From Acidobacteriota bacterium (lineage in GTDB: Bacteria > Acidobacteriota > Vicinamibacteria > Vicinamibacterales > UBA2999), in assembly GCA_016192845.1 (NCBI GenBank), contig JACPTI010000015.1, positions 17,022-81,021 on the forward strand: a DNA stretch of 64,000 nucleotides, read 5' to 3'. Shown piece by piece: positions 39,273-47,592 of the stretch. A program made the translations under genes and the position numbers. Numbering within the stretch: the first letter of the stretch is position 1; every line of letters begins with the position of its first letter. The notes under the pieces are model-generated. The model worked only from the letters and a program-made list of their open reading frames with translations, was not told where the DNA came from and did not search any database.

Positions 39273-39784
39273 TTTTCACGATCGGGCACTCCACGCGAAC
39301 CGCCGAAACGTTCCTCGAGCTGCTGCAGGCGCACGGTGTGACGGGGGTGGCCGACGTGCGCACCGTACCGCGATCGCGGCGGCGTCCGCACTTCACGCGT
39401 GAGTCGCTGTCCATCTTCCTGCCCGCGCACGGCATCGAGTACGTCCATCTGCCGGGGCTCGGGGGTCTGCGGAAGCCGCGGCGCGGCTCGCCGAACGGCG
39501 GGTGGCGGCACGAGGCGTTCCGCGGCTACGCGGATCACATGGACACGCAGGAGTTCCGCGAGGCGCTCGACGCGCTCGTCGCGTTCGCGCGCGACCGCCG
39601 CGTCGCCGTCATGTGCGCCGAGGCCAGGTGGTGGCAGTGTCATCGGCAGCTCATCGCCGACGCGCTGGTGGCGCGCGGGATCGAGGTCCGTCACGTCATG
39701 TCGGCCCGCGAGGCGCCCCGGCACGAGATCACCCCGTTTGCGCGGGTCACCGGCTCGACAGTGCGGTATCCGGCCCTCGTCTGA
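39269..39784 (+). CDS. DUF488-family protein
   Basis: 171 aa. MIFTIGHSTRT... and the CAEARWWQCHR motif typical of DUF488. ATGA overlap with addA. Confidence 0.85.
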   Translation: MIFTIGHSTRTAETFLELLQAHGVTGVADVRTVPRSRRRPHFTRESLSIFLPAHGIEYVHLPGLGGLRKPRRGSPNGGWRHEAFRGYADHMDTQEFREALDALVAFARDRRVAVMCAEARWWQCHRQLIADALVARGIEVRHVMSAREAPRHEITPFARVTGSTVRYPALV

Positions 39785-39912
39785 CCCAAAAACCCCGGCT
39801 TTTTCGGCGGCCCAGCTTTCCGGGCGAGTTTTGCGACTTTCTGCATTGCGCTGGGTGATCCCATCCCCTACAATCGAACGTTGGAGGACGCGCCCGAGGC
39901 GTTCGGGAGGAG

Positions 39913-40164
39913 TTGCCGTTGACGACAAAAGAGGAGACGCGCGTGGCGCTCACCTGTCCCAATTGTGGGAACGACCAGAATTTCCTTGTGAAAACGCTCC
40001 AGATGCACGTCGTGCACCTGGACGACTCGCGCGTCGAGGTTTCCGAGGAAGGCCGGCCGCAGGTGCTCGAGGTGCTCTGCGACGAGTGTGAGACGGCGCT
40101 GAAGCTCGAGGACATGGACGAAGGGCTCCGCAAGGAGCTGCTGCTGACGCTCGGCGCGCGGTAG
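39913..40164 (+). CDS. Small zinc-ribbon protein
   Basis: Motifs CPNCG...CDEC. Start is ambiguous (TTG 39913 or 39919 after GGAGGAG, or GTG 39943 after GAGGAG). Confidence 0.55.
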   Translation: MPLTTKEETRVALTCPNCGNDQNFLVKTLQMHVVHLDDSRVEVSEEGRPQVLEVLCDECETALKLEDMDEGLRKELLLTLGAR

Positions 40165-40185
40165 GGAGGGCGATCCCCCGCACCC

Positions 40186-40285
40186 TAGCACGTCACGCAG
40201 CCCAGGCACCTCAGGCACCCCAGTCACCCGAGGCACGTCATACACCCCAGGCACGTCAAGTCCTTCCAGTCACCTTCGTCAGGTT
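40186..40285. repeat. Low-complexity repeats (CAGGCAC x3, GCACGTCA x3)
   Basis: CAGGCAC at 40203, 40212 and 40248. GCACGTCA at 40188, 40233 and 40251. Confidence 0.7.
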
Positions 40286-40324
40286 GACTTCTCGTTCGGC
40301 CGCCCATAAGGTACGAGCAGGTCA

Positions 40325-40777
40325 ATGGGGGGCAACACGCACTCGTTTGGCAGGGATCGGTTCGTCGTGCTCGGCACCGCCGAGTGCGCGGCCGAGGCCG
40401 ACTGCTTTGCCGATGAGGTCGTCATCGACTTCCCGTCCGTCGCGCCCGCGGTGGACCGCATTCGCCGGTCGTTTCTCGCCGACGAGCGCGGCGCGGCGTT
40501 GAGCGCGACGATTCAGCTCTCGGTGCGCGAGGCGCGCGAAGGCGCCACGGTCCCGCTCGTCGTCCCGATTCCGTGCACCTGCGGTGCGTGCGGCGGGCGC
40601 GGCGAGTCGTGGACCGAGCCGTGCAGCCGATGTCAGGGCAGCGGTGCCGAGCTGCGCCGCCACCAGCTGCGGGTCGCCGTCCCCGCCGGCGTGCTCGACG
40701 GCACGCGCCTGAAATTCACGCTCGCTCCCCGCCACGACCGGCCGACCCGCGTCGAGCTCCGCGTTCTCGTCGCCTAG
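40325..40777 (+). CDS. DnaJ-like CR zinc-finger / C-terminal-domain protein lacking a J domain
   Basis: 150 aa. CTCGACGGRG and CSRCQGSG (CxxCxGxG x2), then a VAVPAGVLDGTRLKF beta-domain motif. No HPD motif. Confidence 0.6.
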   Translation: MGGNTHSFGRDRFVVLGTAECAAEADCFADEVVIDFPSVAPAVDRIRRSFLADERGAALSATIQLSVREAREGATVPLVVPIPCTCGACGGRGESWTEPCSRCQGSGAELRRHQLRVAVPAGVLDGTRLKFTLAPRHDRPTRVELRVLVA

Positions 40778-41172
40778 TGGAACGTCACGTCCGGCTTCTC
40801 GCCATCCTCGCGAGCCTGTGGGGTGCGCTGGCGACGCTCGTGGGCGTCTCGCTCCTGCTCCTCGCCGGCGGCGCCCTCGCGATTCTGCTCGGCCCCGAAG
40901 GGGACGCGGTCGCGCTGGCCGCGGGGCTGACCGCCACGGTGTTCGCCGCGATCGGCGGTTTCACGCTCGCGTGGGGCCTGGTCCACATCTGGGTGGCCGC
41001 GCGCCTGCGCCGCCGCCACCCGCTCGGGCGCGTCGTCATGCTCGGGCTGGCGGTCGTCAACCTGCTCGTGTTTCCCTTCGGTACGGCCCTCGGTGCCTAC
41101 GCGCTCTGGATTCTGCTCGCCAACGAGGGACGCCGCTTGTTCGAAACCGCGGCGCCCGAGGCGATAAGATAA
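40777..41172 (+). CDS. Small membrane protein (3-4 TM helices)
   Basis: The GTG at 40777 overlaps the upstream stop (TAGTG), inside ORF 40573-41172. Hydrophobic helices LLAILASLWGALATLVGVSLLLLAGG and others. Confidence 0.6.
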   Translation: MERHVRLLAILASLWGALATLVGVSLLLLAGGALAILLGPEGDAVALAAGLTATVFAAIGGFTLAWGLVHIWVAARLRRRHPLGRVVMLGLAVVNLLVFPFGTALGAYALWILLANEGRRLFETAAPEAIR

Positions 41173-41177
41173 GCAGG

Positions 41178-42281
41178 ATGTCCTCAGTGGTCGATCGCGA
41201 CGGCGTGCTGGCGGCCCTCAAAGCGGTCGTCGATCCCGACCTGCGGCGCGACATCGTCTCGCTCGGGTTCGTCAAGAACCTGGCGATCGACGGTGGGCGC
41301 GTGACGTTCACCATCGAGCTGACCACCCCGGCCTGCCCCGTGAAGGATCAGATGCGCGATCAGGCGATCGCCGCGGTGCGCGCGCTTCCCGGCGTCAGGG
41401 ACGTGGACGTCCGGATGACCGCGACCGTGCGCTCGGTCTCCGCGCCCGAAACCGGCCGGACCCCGCTGCCCGGGGTGAAGAACGTGATCGCGGTGGGCGC
41501 CGGCAAAGGGGGCGTCGGCAAGACGACGGTCGCGGTCAATCTGGCGCTGGCGCTTGCCAGGTGCGGCGGCCGGGTCGGCATCCTCGACGGCGACATCTAC
41601 GGGCCGAACGTGCCGATCATGCTGGGGCTGCAGCAGACGCAGTTGACCACCGACGGCAGGCAGATCCTGCCCGCGGAGCGCTACGGCCTGCAGGTCGTCT
41701 CGATCGGGTTCCTGACGGGCGACGACGCGCCGGTGATCTGGCGCGGCCCGATGCTGCACGGCGCCATCCAGCAGTTCTTCCGCGACGTGGCGTGGAAGGA
41801 CCTCGACTACCTGATTGTCGACATGCCACCGGGCACCGGCGACGTGGCGCTCAGTCTCAGCCAGACGGTCCCGGTCGCCGGTGCGATCCTCGTGACGACC
41901 CCGCAGCAGGTGTCGCTGGCGGATACGCGGCGCGCCGTCCGCATGTATCAGAAGCTCAACATCAAGCCGATCGGCGTCATCGAGAACATGAGCTATTACG
42001 CCTGCCCGAACTGCCACCACGAGGCCGACATCTTCGGCTACGGCGGCGGAGAGGAGCTCGCCACGTCCATGGAGGTACCGTTCCTCGGCCGCCTTCCGGT
42101 CTACCAGCCGATTCGGGTCGGGAGCGACACCGGGGTGCCGCTCGTCGTCAGCGAGCCCGAATCGCCGGCGGGGCGGGCGTTCAGGGCGGTGGCCGAGCGG
42201 ACCGCGGCGCAGATCTCGATCGAGGCGCACAAGGTCGCCGAGGCGAACAGGGGCAAGATTCCACTGATTCCGGTGCGATAA
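41178..42281 (+). CDS. apbC: Mrp/ApbC/NBP35-family Fe-S cluster carrier ATPase
   Basis: In-frame ATG at 41178. N-terminal DUF59-like domain, deviant Walker A GKGGVGKT, and CPNC motif. Confidence 0.9.
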   Translation: MSSVVDRDGVLAALKAVVDPDLRRDIVSLGFVKNLAIDGGRVTFTIELTTPACPVKDQMRDQAIAAVRALPGVRDVDVRMTATVRSVSAPETGRTPLPGVKNVIAVGAGKGGVGKTTVAVNLALALARCGGRVGILDGDIYGPNVPIMLGLQQTQLTTDGRQILPAERYGLQVVSIGFLTGDDAPVIWRGPMLHGAIQQFFRDVAWKDLDYLIVDMPPGTGDVALSLSQTVPVAGAILVTTPQQVSLADTRRAVRMYQKLNIKPIGVIENMSYYACPNCHHEADIFGYGGGEELATSMEVPFLGRLPVYQPIRVGSDTGVPLVVSEPESPAGRAFRAVAERTAAQISIEAHKVAEANRGKIPLIPVR

Positions 42282-42345
42282 CTGTCGAGTGCGCCATCCC
42301 AGGGCGATTCCACCGGCGAGCCGTGCCAGCTCCTTCATCGAAGTG

Positions 42346-42558
42346 TCAGTGGTGGCGGACCGTCTCGACGGCGGCGCGCACGCCGAGCCGGACGTACGCG
42401 TCGCCGAGCAGCTCCACCAGCTGCGCGAACTCGCGCAGGGTCAGCGTGACGGTGACGTTCTGGAGCCGCACGTGGATGCACCCGTTGGTGCACTGGTACA
42501 CGGCCCACCGTGACTTCCTCGACAACGTTTCCTCCGACCGTTGAGATGTACCGTCCAT
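42346..42558 (-). CDS. Small hypothetical protein (70 aa)
   Basis: In-frame ATG at 42558 after AAAGGGG. MDGTSQRSEETLSRKSRWAVYQCTNGCIHVRLQ.... Lies 22 nt downstream of the chimeric ORF. Confidence 0.4.
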   Translation of the reverse strand: MDGTSQRSEETLSRKSRWAVYQCTNGCIHVRLQNVTVTLTLREFAQLVELLGDAYVRLGVRAAVETVRHH

Positions 42559-42580
42559 GGAGCAGCCCCTTTCTGTGGCA

Positions 42581-43855
42581 TCAGCGGGCGCCCGCCCTCG
42601 CAAGCACCCAGGTCACCAGGCGGTCGTCGGGCAAGAGCGCGGCGTCCGTGATCGCGTACGTCAAGCCCTCGAGGCGCTCGCGGAGCCCTCGCTCGATTCC
42701 GCCGAACGACACGAGCAGCGGCACGATGAGCACCCGTCGGCCTTCTTGCGAGCGTTTCAGTACCAGGTCGCGCAGTGCGGCGGCTGCCTGGTCCCGGATC
42801 GGCCGCGGGGCGTCGTCGCGAAGCGTGAGGTAGTCAATCGACGCGTACTGCTCGCTACTCCGGAGGCGACCGGTCAATGACGCCATGTCGGCGAGCCAGC
42901 GGCGATTGTCGTCCTCGTCATTCGGTCCGTGCGCCACGATGACGAGCGCTTCGTTGGTCGCGCTGCGGCTGATCGCGCGGGCGCGGCTCGCCAGAATGTC
43001 GGCGACGATCGGATGGTCGTTGAGCGCCGGGGTCATGCGAATCGGCACGCGCGAGACGACCGGAAGCATGCCGTCGGTCTCCGCGTGGGCGTCGTGAGCG
43101 GCGGCGGGGCCTGATCCCGGTTGCGGGTGACTCATCTTCGCGTAGCGGGCCAGGGCCGGTGGCGCGTCGGTGCGCAGCCCCAGCAGGTATTGGTCCAGGT
43201 TGAGGACGCCGCCGCGCTTGATGCCGCGGGCGCCAACCACAGGCTGGCCATCGACGAGCACTAGGACCTGTCGCGAATCGATGCCCTGAATCTGCTCGCC
43301 GGCGGCGCCCGAGGTTTCCGAGCCGCGGCGGGTCACGACGCCCGGCAGCTCGCGCAGAATCTCGCCGACGGTTTCGTGGCCGCCGGTCTCCTCGATGCGG
43401 CTGCGGGTGATCACGTCGACCCGCGAGTTGAGGGTCTCCCGAAGCTCCTGCTGGCGTGACGCAGAGACAACGGTGACCTGCTCGACAATCGGCGCGGGCG
43501 ACAGTGTGAAGGTCAGCGCTGGCGCCCAGGGTAGCGTGGCGACGCTCGTCGCCGGCGCGAACCCCGGAGCCGACACCGTGATCGTGTACTCGCCCGCCGG
43601 GAGTCGCGGCGCGGCAAAGGTGCCGTCCGCACCGCCGGCCATCACGCGTTCGAGGCCGGAGGGCTCCTGACGAATGACTACCGTCGCACGCGGGATCACG
43701 GTGCCGGACCCGTCACGCACGACGCCGGATAGGGTCTGGCTGGCGGGTTCCGAGCCGACGGGCGACCGTACGTCCGCCTGGGCTGCAAACGCCGGACTGG
43801 AGATAATGGCGAAAAGAAGAGCTGTAACGCCCCAGATGTGCAGAATTGGCTTCAT
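42581..43855 (-). CDS. Chimeric ORF: signal peptide + CarboxypepD_reg-like domain + truncated TonB-receptor plug, fused to a CbiX/SirB-like chelatase domain
   Basis: ATG at 43855 after AAGGAAGG. The N-terminal region is TBDR-like up to ...VLVLVDGQPVVGARGIKRGGVLNLDQ, with no barrel. The C-terminal part has ALVIVAHGPNDEDD...VLIVPLLVSFGG (CbiX-like), preceded by what looks like the tail of a first CbiX half. Confidence 0.65.
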   Translation of the reverse strand: MKPILHIWGVTALLFAIISSPAFAAQADVRSPVGSEPASQTLSGVVRDGSGTVIPRATVVIRQEPSGLERVMAGGADGTFAAPRLPAGEYTITVSAPGFAPATSVATLPWAPALTFTLSPAPIVEQVTVVSASRQQELRETLNSRVDVITRSRIEETGGHETVGEILRELPGVVTRRGSETSGAAGEQIQGIDSRQVLVLVDGQPVVGARGIKRGGVLNLDQYLLGLRTDAPPALARYAKMSHPQPGSGPAAAHDAHAETDGMLPVVSRVPIRMTPALNDHPIVADILASRARAISRSATNEALVIVAHGPNDEDDNRRWLADMASLTGRLRSSEQYASIDYLTLRDDAPRPIRDQAAAALRDLVLKRSQEGRRVLIVPLLVSFGGIERGLRERLEGLTYAITDAALLPDDRLVTWVLARAGAR

Positions 43856-43964
43856 GACGCACCTTCCTTGCACGCCATGAAGCGAGGCCGTAGACTAGCA
43901 TCGTCGGGCGCTCCTCATGCGCGCAGCGCGTGAATGGTTCCACCTAGAACCTGCGTTCGACACG

Positions 43965-43992
43965 CCCGCCGGGTGTGTCAGCACCCGGCGGG
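43965..43992 (-). terminator. 11-bp GC hairpin after apbE (CCCGCCGGGTG / CACCCGGCGGG), no U-tract
   Basis: Read directly from the sequence, 42 nt downstream of the apbE stop. Confidence 0.5.
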
Positions 43993-44033
43993 CCCTTTCT
44001 CTCCCTAGCCCTCTACATCAAGAACTTTCACCT

Positions 44034-45020
44034 TCACTGCACCGCTCCGAACCGCTCTCGAAAGGCACGTGAGACCGCGAGGCGCACGGTTCCGCCCTCT
44101 GGAATCAGATAGATGGCAGCGAACCCGTGCGACTCGGCCCACGGCAGCCCTTCCTCCGGTCCCATCACGAACAAGGCGGTCGACAGCGCATCGGCGGCAA
44201 GCCCGCGGCGATGCCACACGGTCACGGATCCGTCGAACGACGCCGGCCAGCCCGTGCGCGGGTCGAAGATGTGCGCGATGCGGACACCGTCGACCGTGAT
44301 GTCGCGCTCGGATCCGCCGCTCGTCGCGAGCGACCCGTCGCGGAGCTGTACGTGCAGGTACGGTTGATCGCGTCGGCGCGGGTGGGCGATGGCCACGGTC
44401 CACCCTTCTGCAGGCCCGGCGCCGCCGACCGAGATCTGACCACCCAGGTCCACCATCCACGACACGTTGCCGAGCGCCGCCTCGACGCGGTCGAGGGCCT
44501 CGCCCTTGCCAAACGCCCCCACATCAACGGCGACGTCGCCGCGCCTCGTCAGGGTGCAGGCGGTACGGTCGAAGGCGAGCAGCGCCAGGCCCGATGCCGC
44601 CGACGCCCGGACCCGCACGTCCGGTGCGGGAATCGCCCCGTCGCCGTGCACATCCCACGCCGCCAGCAGCCGTCCGATGGCGGGATCGAACGCGCCTCCG
44701 GTGGCCGCATGCCAGCGCCATACTTCGTCAAAGGTGCGGCAGAGCGTCGGACCGGCATGCCAGGGCACGCCGACGGGATGACGGTTCAGGCCGGAGATCG
44801 CGCTCGACTCGCGCCACGTACTGAGGTCCTGCTCGGCGCGCTCCAGCACGTCGAGCGCGGTGGCGAGCGTCGCGAGCCCCTGGTCGCGCGTCGGGGCGGC
44901 CGTCGCCAGCCGCGCGCGCGTCCCCATCAGGTATACGTCCCGCGTGACGAGCGTAGATGCTGCGCCGGACGCGGCGGCGGCCGCGCAGCTCGTCAGGAGC
45001 AGCACCGCGACCGCCTTCAT
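44034..45020 (-). CDS. apbE: FAD:protein FMN transferase (ApbE), lipoprotein
   Basis: In-frame ATG at 45020. Lipobox LLTSC. ApbE-like motifs (AFDPAIG, VDLGGQ, ATSGGSER, HIFDPRTG). Confidence 0.9.
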   Translation of the reverse strand: MKAVAVLLLTSCAAAAASGAASTLVTRDVYLMGTRARLATAAPTRDQGLATLATALDVLERAEQDLSTWRESSAISGLNRHPVGVPWHAGPTLCRTFDEVWRWHAATGGAFDPAIGRLLAAWDVHGDGAIPAPDVRVRASAASGLALLAFDRTACTLTRRGDVAVDVGAFGKGEALDRVEAALGNVSWMVDLGGQISVGGAGPAEGWTVAIAHPRRRDQPYLHVQLRDGSLATSGGSERDITVDGVRIAHIFDPRTGWPASFDGSVTVWHRRGLAADALSTALFVMGPEEGLPWAESHGFAAIYLIPEGGTVRLAVSRAFRERFGAVQ

Positions 45021-45487
45021 GCCAGCTCGCCTATCGGGGAGCCGGCACGCGCCTCCTGGCGGGTCCGCGCCAAAGACAGGCTGATCACGAGGTGCGCGGC
45101 GTAGACCAGGGTGAACAAGGCACCGCCAGCGATGTGCACGACGACGAGCGCCTGCAGCCACCAGTCGCTCGTCGTGACCTGGAGCAGATAGCCGGACAAC
45201 ACCATCACGGCGAAGCTGCCGAGCGACACGTACCCCGACAGCCGGTTCGGCAGCCGTGGCGCCCCGAGCTTCCTCATGACGTGGGAGTTGAACGCGATCC
45301 CGAAGACCAGGATGAAGAGCGGCGAGGCAATCACGTGCAGGTTCAGCATCGCCGTTTGCCACGGATGGTTCACCACGGCAAACGGGTCCGGCGGCTCCAT
45401 GAGGTACTTCATCCACAGGTAGACGAAGCCGGTCACCGCCAGGATGAGCGACAGACTATTCAAGCTCCAGCGTTCCCACCGTTTCAC
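45017..45487 (-). CDS. Four-helix His-rich membrane protein (cytochrome-b-like / DUF4405-like candidate)
   Basis: The GTG at 45487 overlaps the upstream stop (GTGA). There are 4 hydrophobic segments, with His in NLHVIASP, NSHV, VVVHIAGG and AAHLV. Confidence 0.6.
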   Translation of the reverse strand: MKRWERWSLNSLSLILAVTGFVYLWMKYLMEPPDPFAVVNHPWQTAMLNLHVIASPLFILVFGIAFNSHVMRKLGAPRLPNRLSGYVSLGSFAVMVLSGYLLQVTTSDWWLQALVVVHIAGGALFTLVYAAHLVISLSLARTRQEARAGSPIGELA

Positions 45488-46017
45488 TGGTCTTCTCCTG
45501 TGAGGACATGATCGATGGCGAGCACGCGGCGCACCGCGGCGTTGGTGGCGCGGGCGGTCAGCGTCGCGCCGGCAATCGGCCGGATGGCGCGGTTGATTCC
45601 GAGGTCGTCGGCCAGTTCCCGCCCGCGGTACTGGCGCAGCCACGGCTCGGACGCGCGGTACTCGGGCGGCTCGAGGAAGGCGGTGACGTCGATGCGCAGC
45701 AGACGGCCGTCCGCGTCGAGCGAAATCAGCAGGCTCTCCTTCTTCGTCCGCACGATGTGCGTGTCGACGTAGGCGCGGCCGACCGGCGTGCCGCCGCGCG
45801 CGGCGAGATACCGGGCTACGAGCGGCGACGGGACATCCGTTCCGGCGGCGGCCGCCGCCTGTTTCATCTGCGCGGCCGTCAGGAACACCTGCTCGGATCG
45901 GATCTGCGCGCCCGAGTAGACGTCCGCGAGCGCCTCCTCGCGGCTGATTCCCTGCGCCTGCAGGGCCGCAGCCGCGGCCCAGAGTCCGATGCCGATCGCG
46001 CAGAGCCGGAGCCGCAT
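45484..46017 (-). CDS. Periplasmic FMN-binding domain protein
   Basis: 177 aa with a signal peptide. The C-terminal motif RPIAGATLTARAT matches the flavinylation consensus (GAT[L/I][T/S]); T152 is the candidate residue. Confidence 0.8.
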   Translation of the reverse strand: MRLRLCAIGIGLWAAAAALQAQGISREEALADVYSGAQIRSEQVFLTAAQMKQAAAAAGTDVPSPLVARYLAARGGTPVGRAYVDTHIVRTKKESLLISLDADGRLLRIDVTAFLEPPEYRASEPWLRQYRGRELADDLGINRAIRPIAGATLTARATNAAVRRVLAIDHVLTGEDQ

Positions 46018-46018
46018 G

Positions 46019-47419
46019 TCAGAAGGCGTATCCGAGGTTGATGTTGAACTGGTTGCGTCCGGTGTCGGCCGCGTTGCGGACCCACTGGTAGTCGGTCTTG
46101 ATGACCACGTTCGGGATCGGCTTCACCTCGACGCCCAGCGTCGTAAACCTGCCGTCGCGGGCGAGATCGCGCGTGAACCCGGCCGGGATGCGATGCTGCG
46201 TGTTCAGGCGCTCGTACCGCACGTACGGCACGACCGCCATCTCCGTGGCGACCTGCGACAGGACGTTGTAGCCCGCCTGCAGGTATCCGCCGCGCATCGT
46301 CTCGGCAATCGGCGCCGTCGCCGGCAGCCGTAGCGCGAGGCTGGCCGCGCCTGCCTCATCGATCGACGCTTCCGCGAAGAGCGCACGCAGATCCCACCCG
46401 CGCAGTTGCGCCTGGCCGTGTACTTCCACGATCGTGGTGCCGACGTCGAGACGTGCGCCGTCGAGCACCACCTGCTCTTGGCCCGAGCCGCCGTTGTAGA
46501 GGCCGATGCCGCCGTACACGCCGGGAATCGGTGTCACGTCGACGCGCCCGGAAAAGGCCAGGTTCGCCGCCAGCGCGTTGCCGCCCTTCTGCCGGCCGCC
46601 GCGAAGGCCCGCCGACGTGAACGCCGCGCCCCGGAACCCGTTCGTGACATACGCGCGGAAGTTCAGCATCCCGGCCGAGCCGAGAATGCCGGCGCCGTTC
46701 TCGCGCCAGGTGCTCGGAATGATCCGCTGCTCTGTTTCGGGGCGCTTGGCACCAATGAAGACCGTCGGCTCGTGGAACTCGTTCGTGAGGCCGAGCGGCA
46801 GCAGGATCATGCCGCCGCGGAGCGTGAGATTGTCGTTGGCCAGGTAGTCGACGTACGCGAACTCAACCGAGATCTCGTTGGAGTGCTCGATCTCAATCTC
46901 GGAGTTGAAGAGGAACTTGTCGCTGAAGCGGTAACCCGCGTAAAGGATGGCCCGCAGGAAGTCGAGGCGCGTGGTCGGCGCGCCGCCCCGGCCCGCCTCG
47001 TTCTCGCTCGCGAAGTTCTCGAGCAGCGTCTCGCCGTAGCCGGCAATCGACACTCCTTCGGTCGCCCGGCGGTAGGTCGCCGCGGCAGAGGGCGCGAGCC
47101 CGAGCGCGCGGCGCCGCTCCTCGGTCAGCTCCACCTGGGGCGTCTCGCCGCTCCGCAGCTTTTCCACTTCCGCCGCGAGGACCTCGATGCGGCGCTGCAG
47201 CTCGTCAATCTGCGCCTGCCCCTGGGCGGGGGCTTCGGCGGCTTCCGATCCGGTCTCCGTGGGCGTCGGAGCGGCGGGTGACGGATCGGCGGCTACGACG
47301 GTGGCAGGCCCCCCGCGGTCAGCGGAAGCGTCGGCCTGCTGAGCGACGGCTGGAGGGCTGGACAAGGCCAGCAGGAACACGACGGCCGGAATGACTGGAA
47401 TGGGGAGGCGGTGCGGCAC
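46019..47419 (-). CDS. Outer-membrane porin-like beta-barrel with N-terminal coiled coil
   Basis: 466 aa, GTG start, signal peptide. Coiled-coil segment QIDELQRRIEVLAAEVEKLR, alternating beta-strand pattern, and a C-terminal ...NLGYAF. Confidence 0.7.
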   Translation of the reverse strand: MPHRLPIPVIPAVVFLLALSSPPAVAQQADASADRGGPATVVAADPSPAAPTPTETGSEAAEAPAQGQAQIDELQRRIEVLAAEVEKLRSGETPQVELTEERRRALGLAPSAAATYRRATEGVSIAGYGETLLENFASENEAGRGGAPTTRLDFLRAILYAGYRFSDKFLFNSEIEIEHSNEISVEFAYVDYLANDNLTLRGGMILLPLGLTNEFHEPTVFIGAKRPETEQRIIPSTWRENGAGILGSAGMLNFRAYVTNGFRGAAFTSAGLRGGRQKGGNALAANLAFSGRVDVTPIPGVYGGIGLYNGGSGQEQVVLDGARLDVGTTIVEVHGQAQLRGWDLRALFAEASIDEAGAASLALRLPATAPIAETMRGGYLQAGYNVLSQVATEMAVVPYVRYERLNTQHRIPAGFTRDLARDGRFTTLGVEVKPIPNVVIKTDYQWVRNAADTGRNQFNINLGYAF

Positions 47420-47463
47420 GGGATGACTCCAAATCCGAAGAATGAGTTAAAATGAGACGAAAC

Positions 47464-47478
47464 TGAGACTGAGTCTCA
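47464..47478. promoter_or_regulatory. 15-bp palindrome TGAGACT-G-AGTCTCA within an AT-rich divergent control region
   Basis: Read directly from the sequence. It is flanked by further GAGAC/GAGTC half-sites at 47454, 47491 and 47514. Confidence 0.5.
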
Positions 47479-47592
47479 CTTTCAGATTCGAGTCTATTAC
47501 CGACTTCTGAGGCGAGTCAAGCAGAAAAACCGCGCTACGACCGCGATACGATCACGACGCTGCCGCGCGCGACACGAAAGGGAGCAACGACT

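Noticed and set aside
43856-44033. Cobalamin riboswitch upstream of the TBDR/CbiX chimera
   Set aside because: The TonB receptor and cobalt chelatase theme made this tempting. The leader lacks a recognisable B12 box or the GGGAA...GGTG core. It only carries the apbE terminator hairpin.
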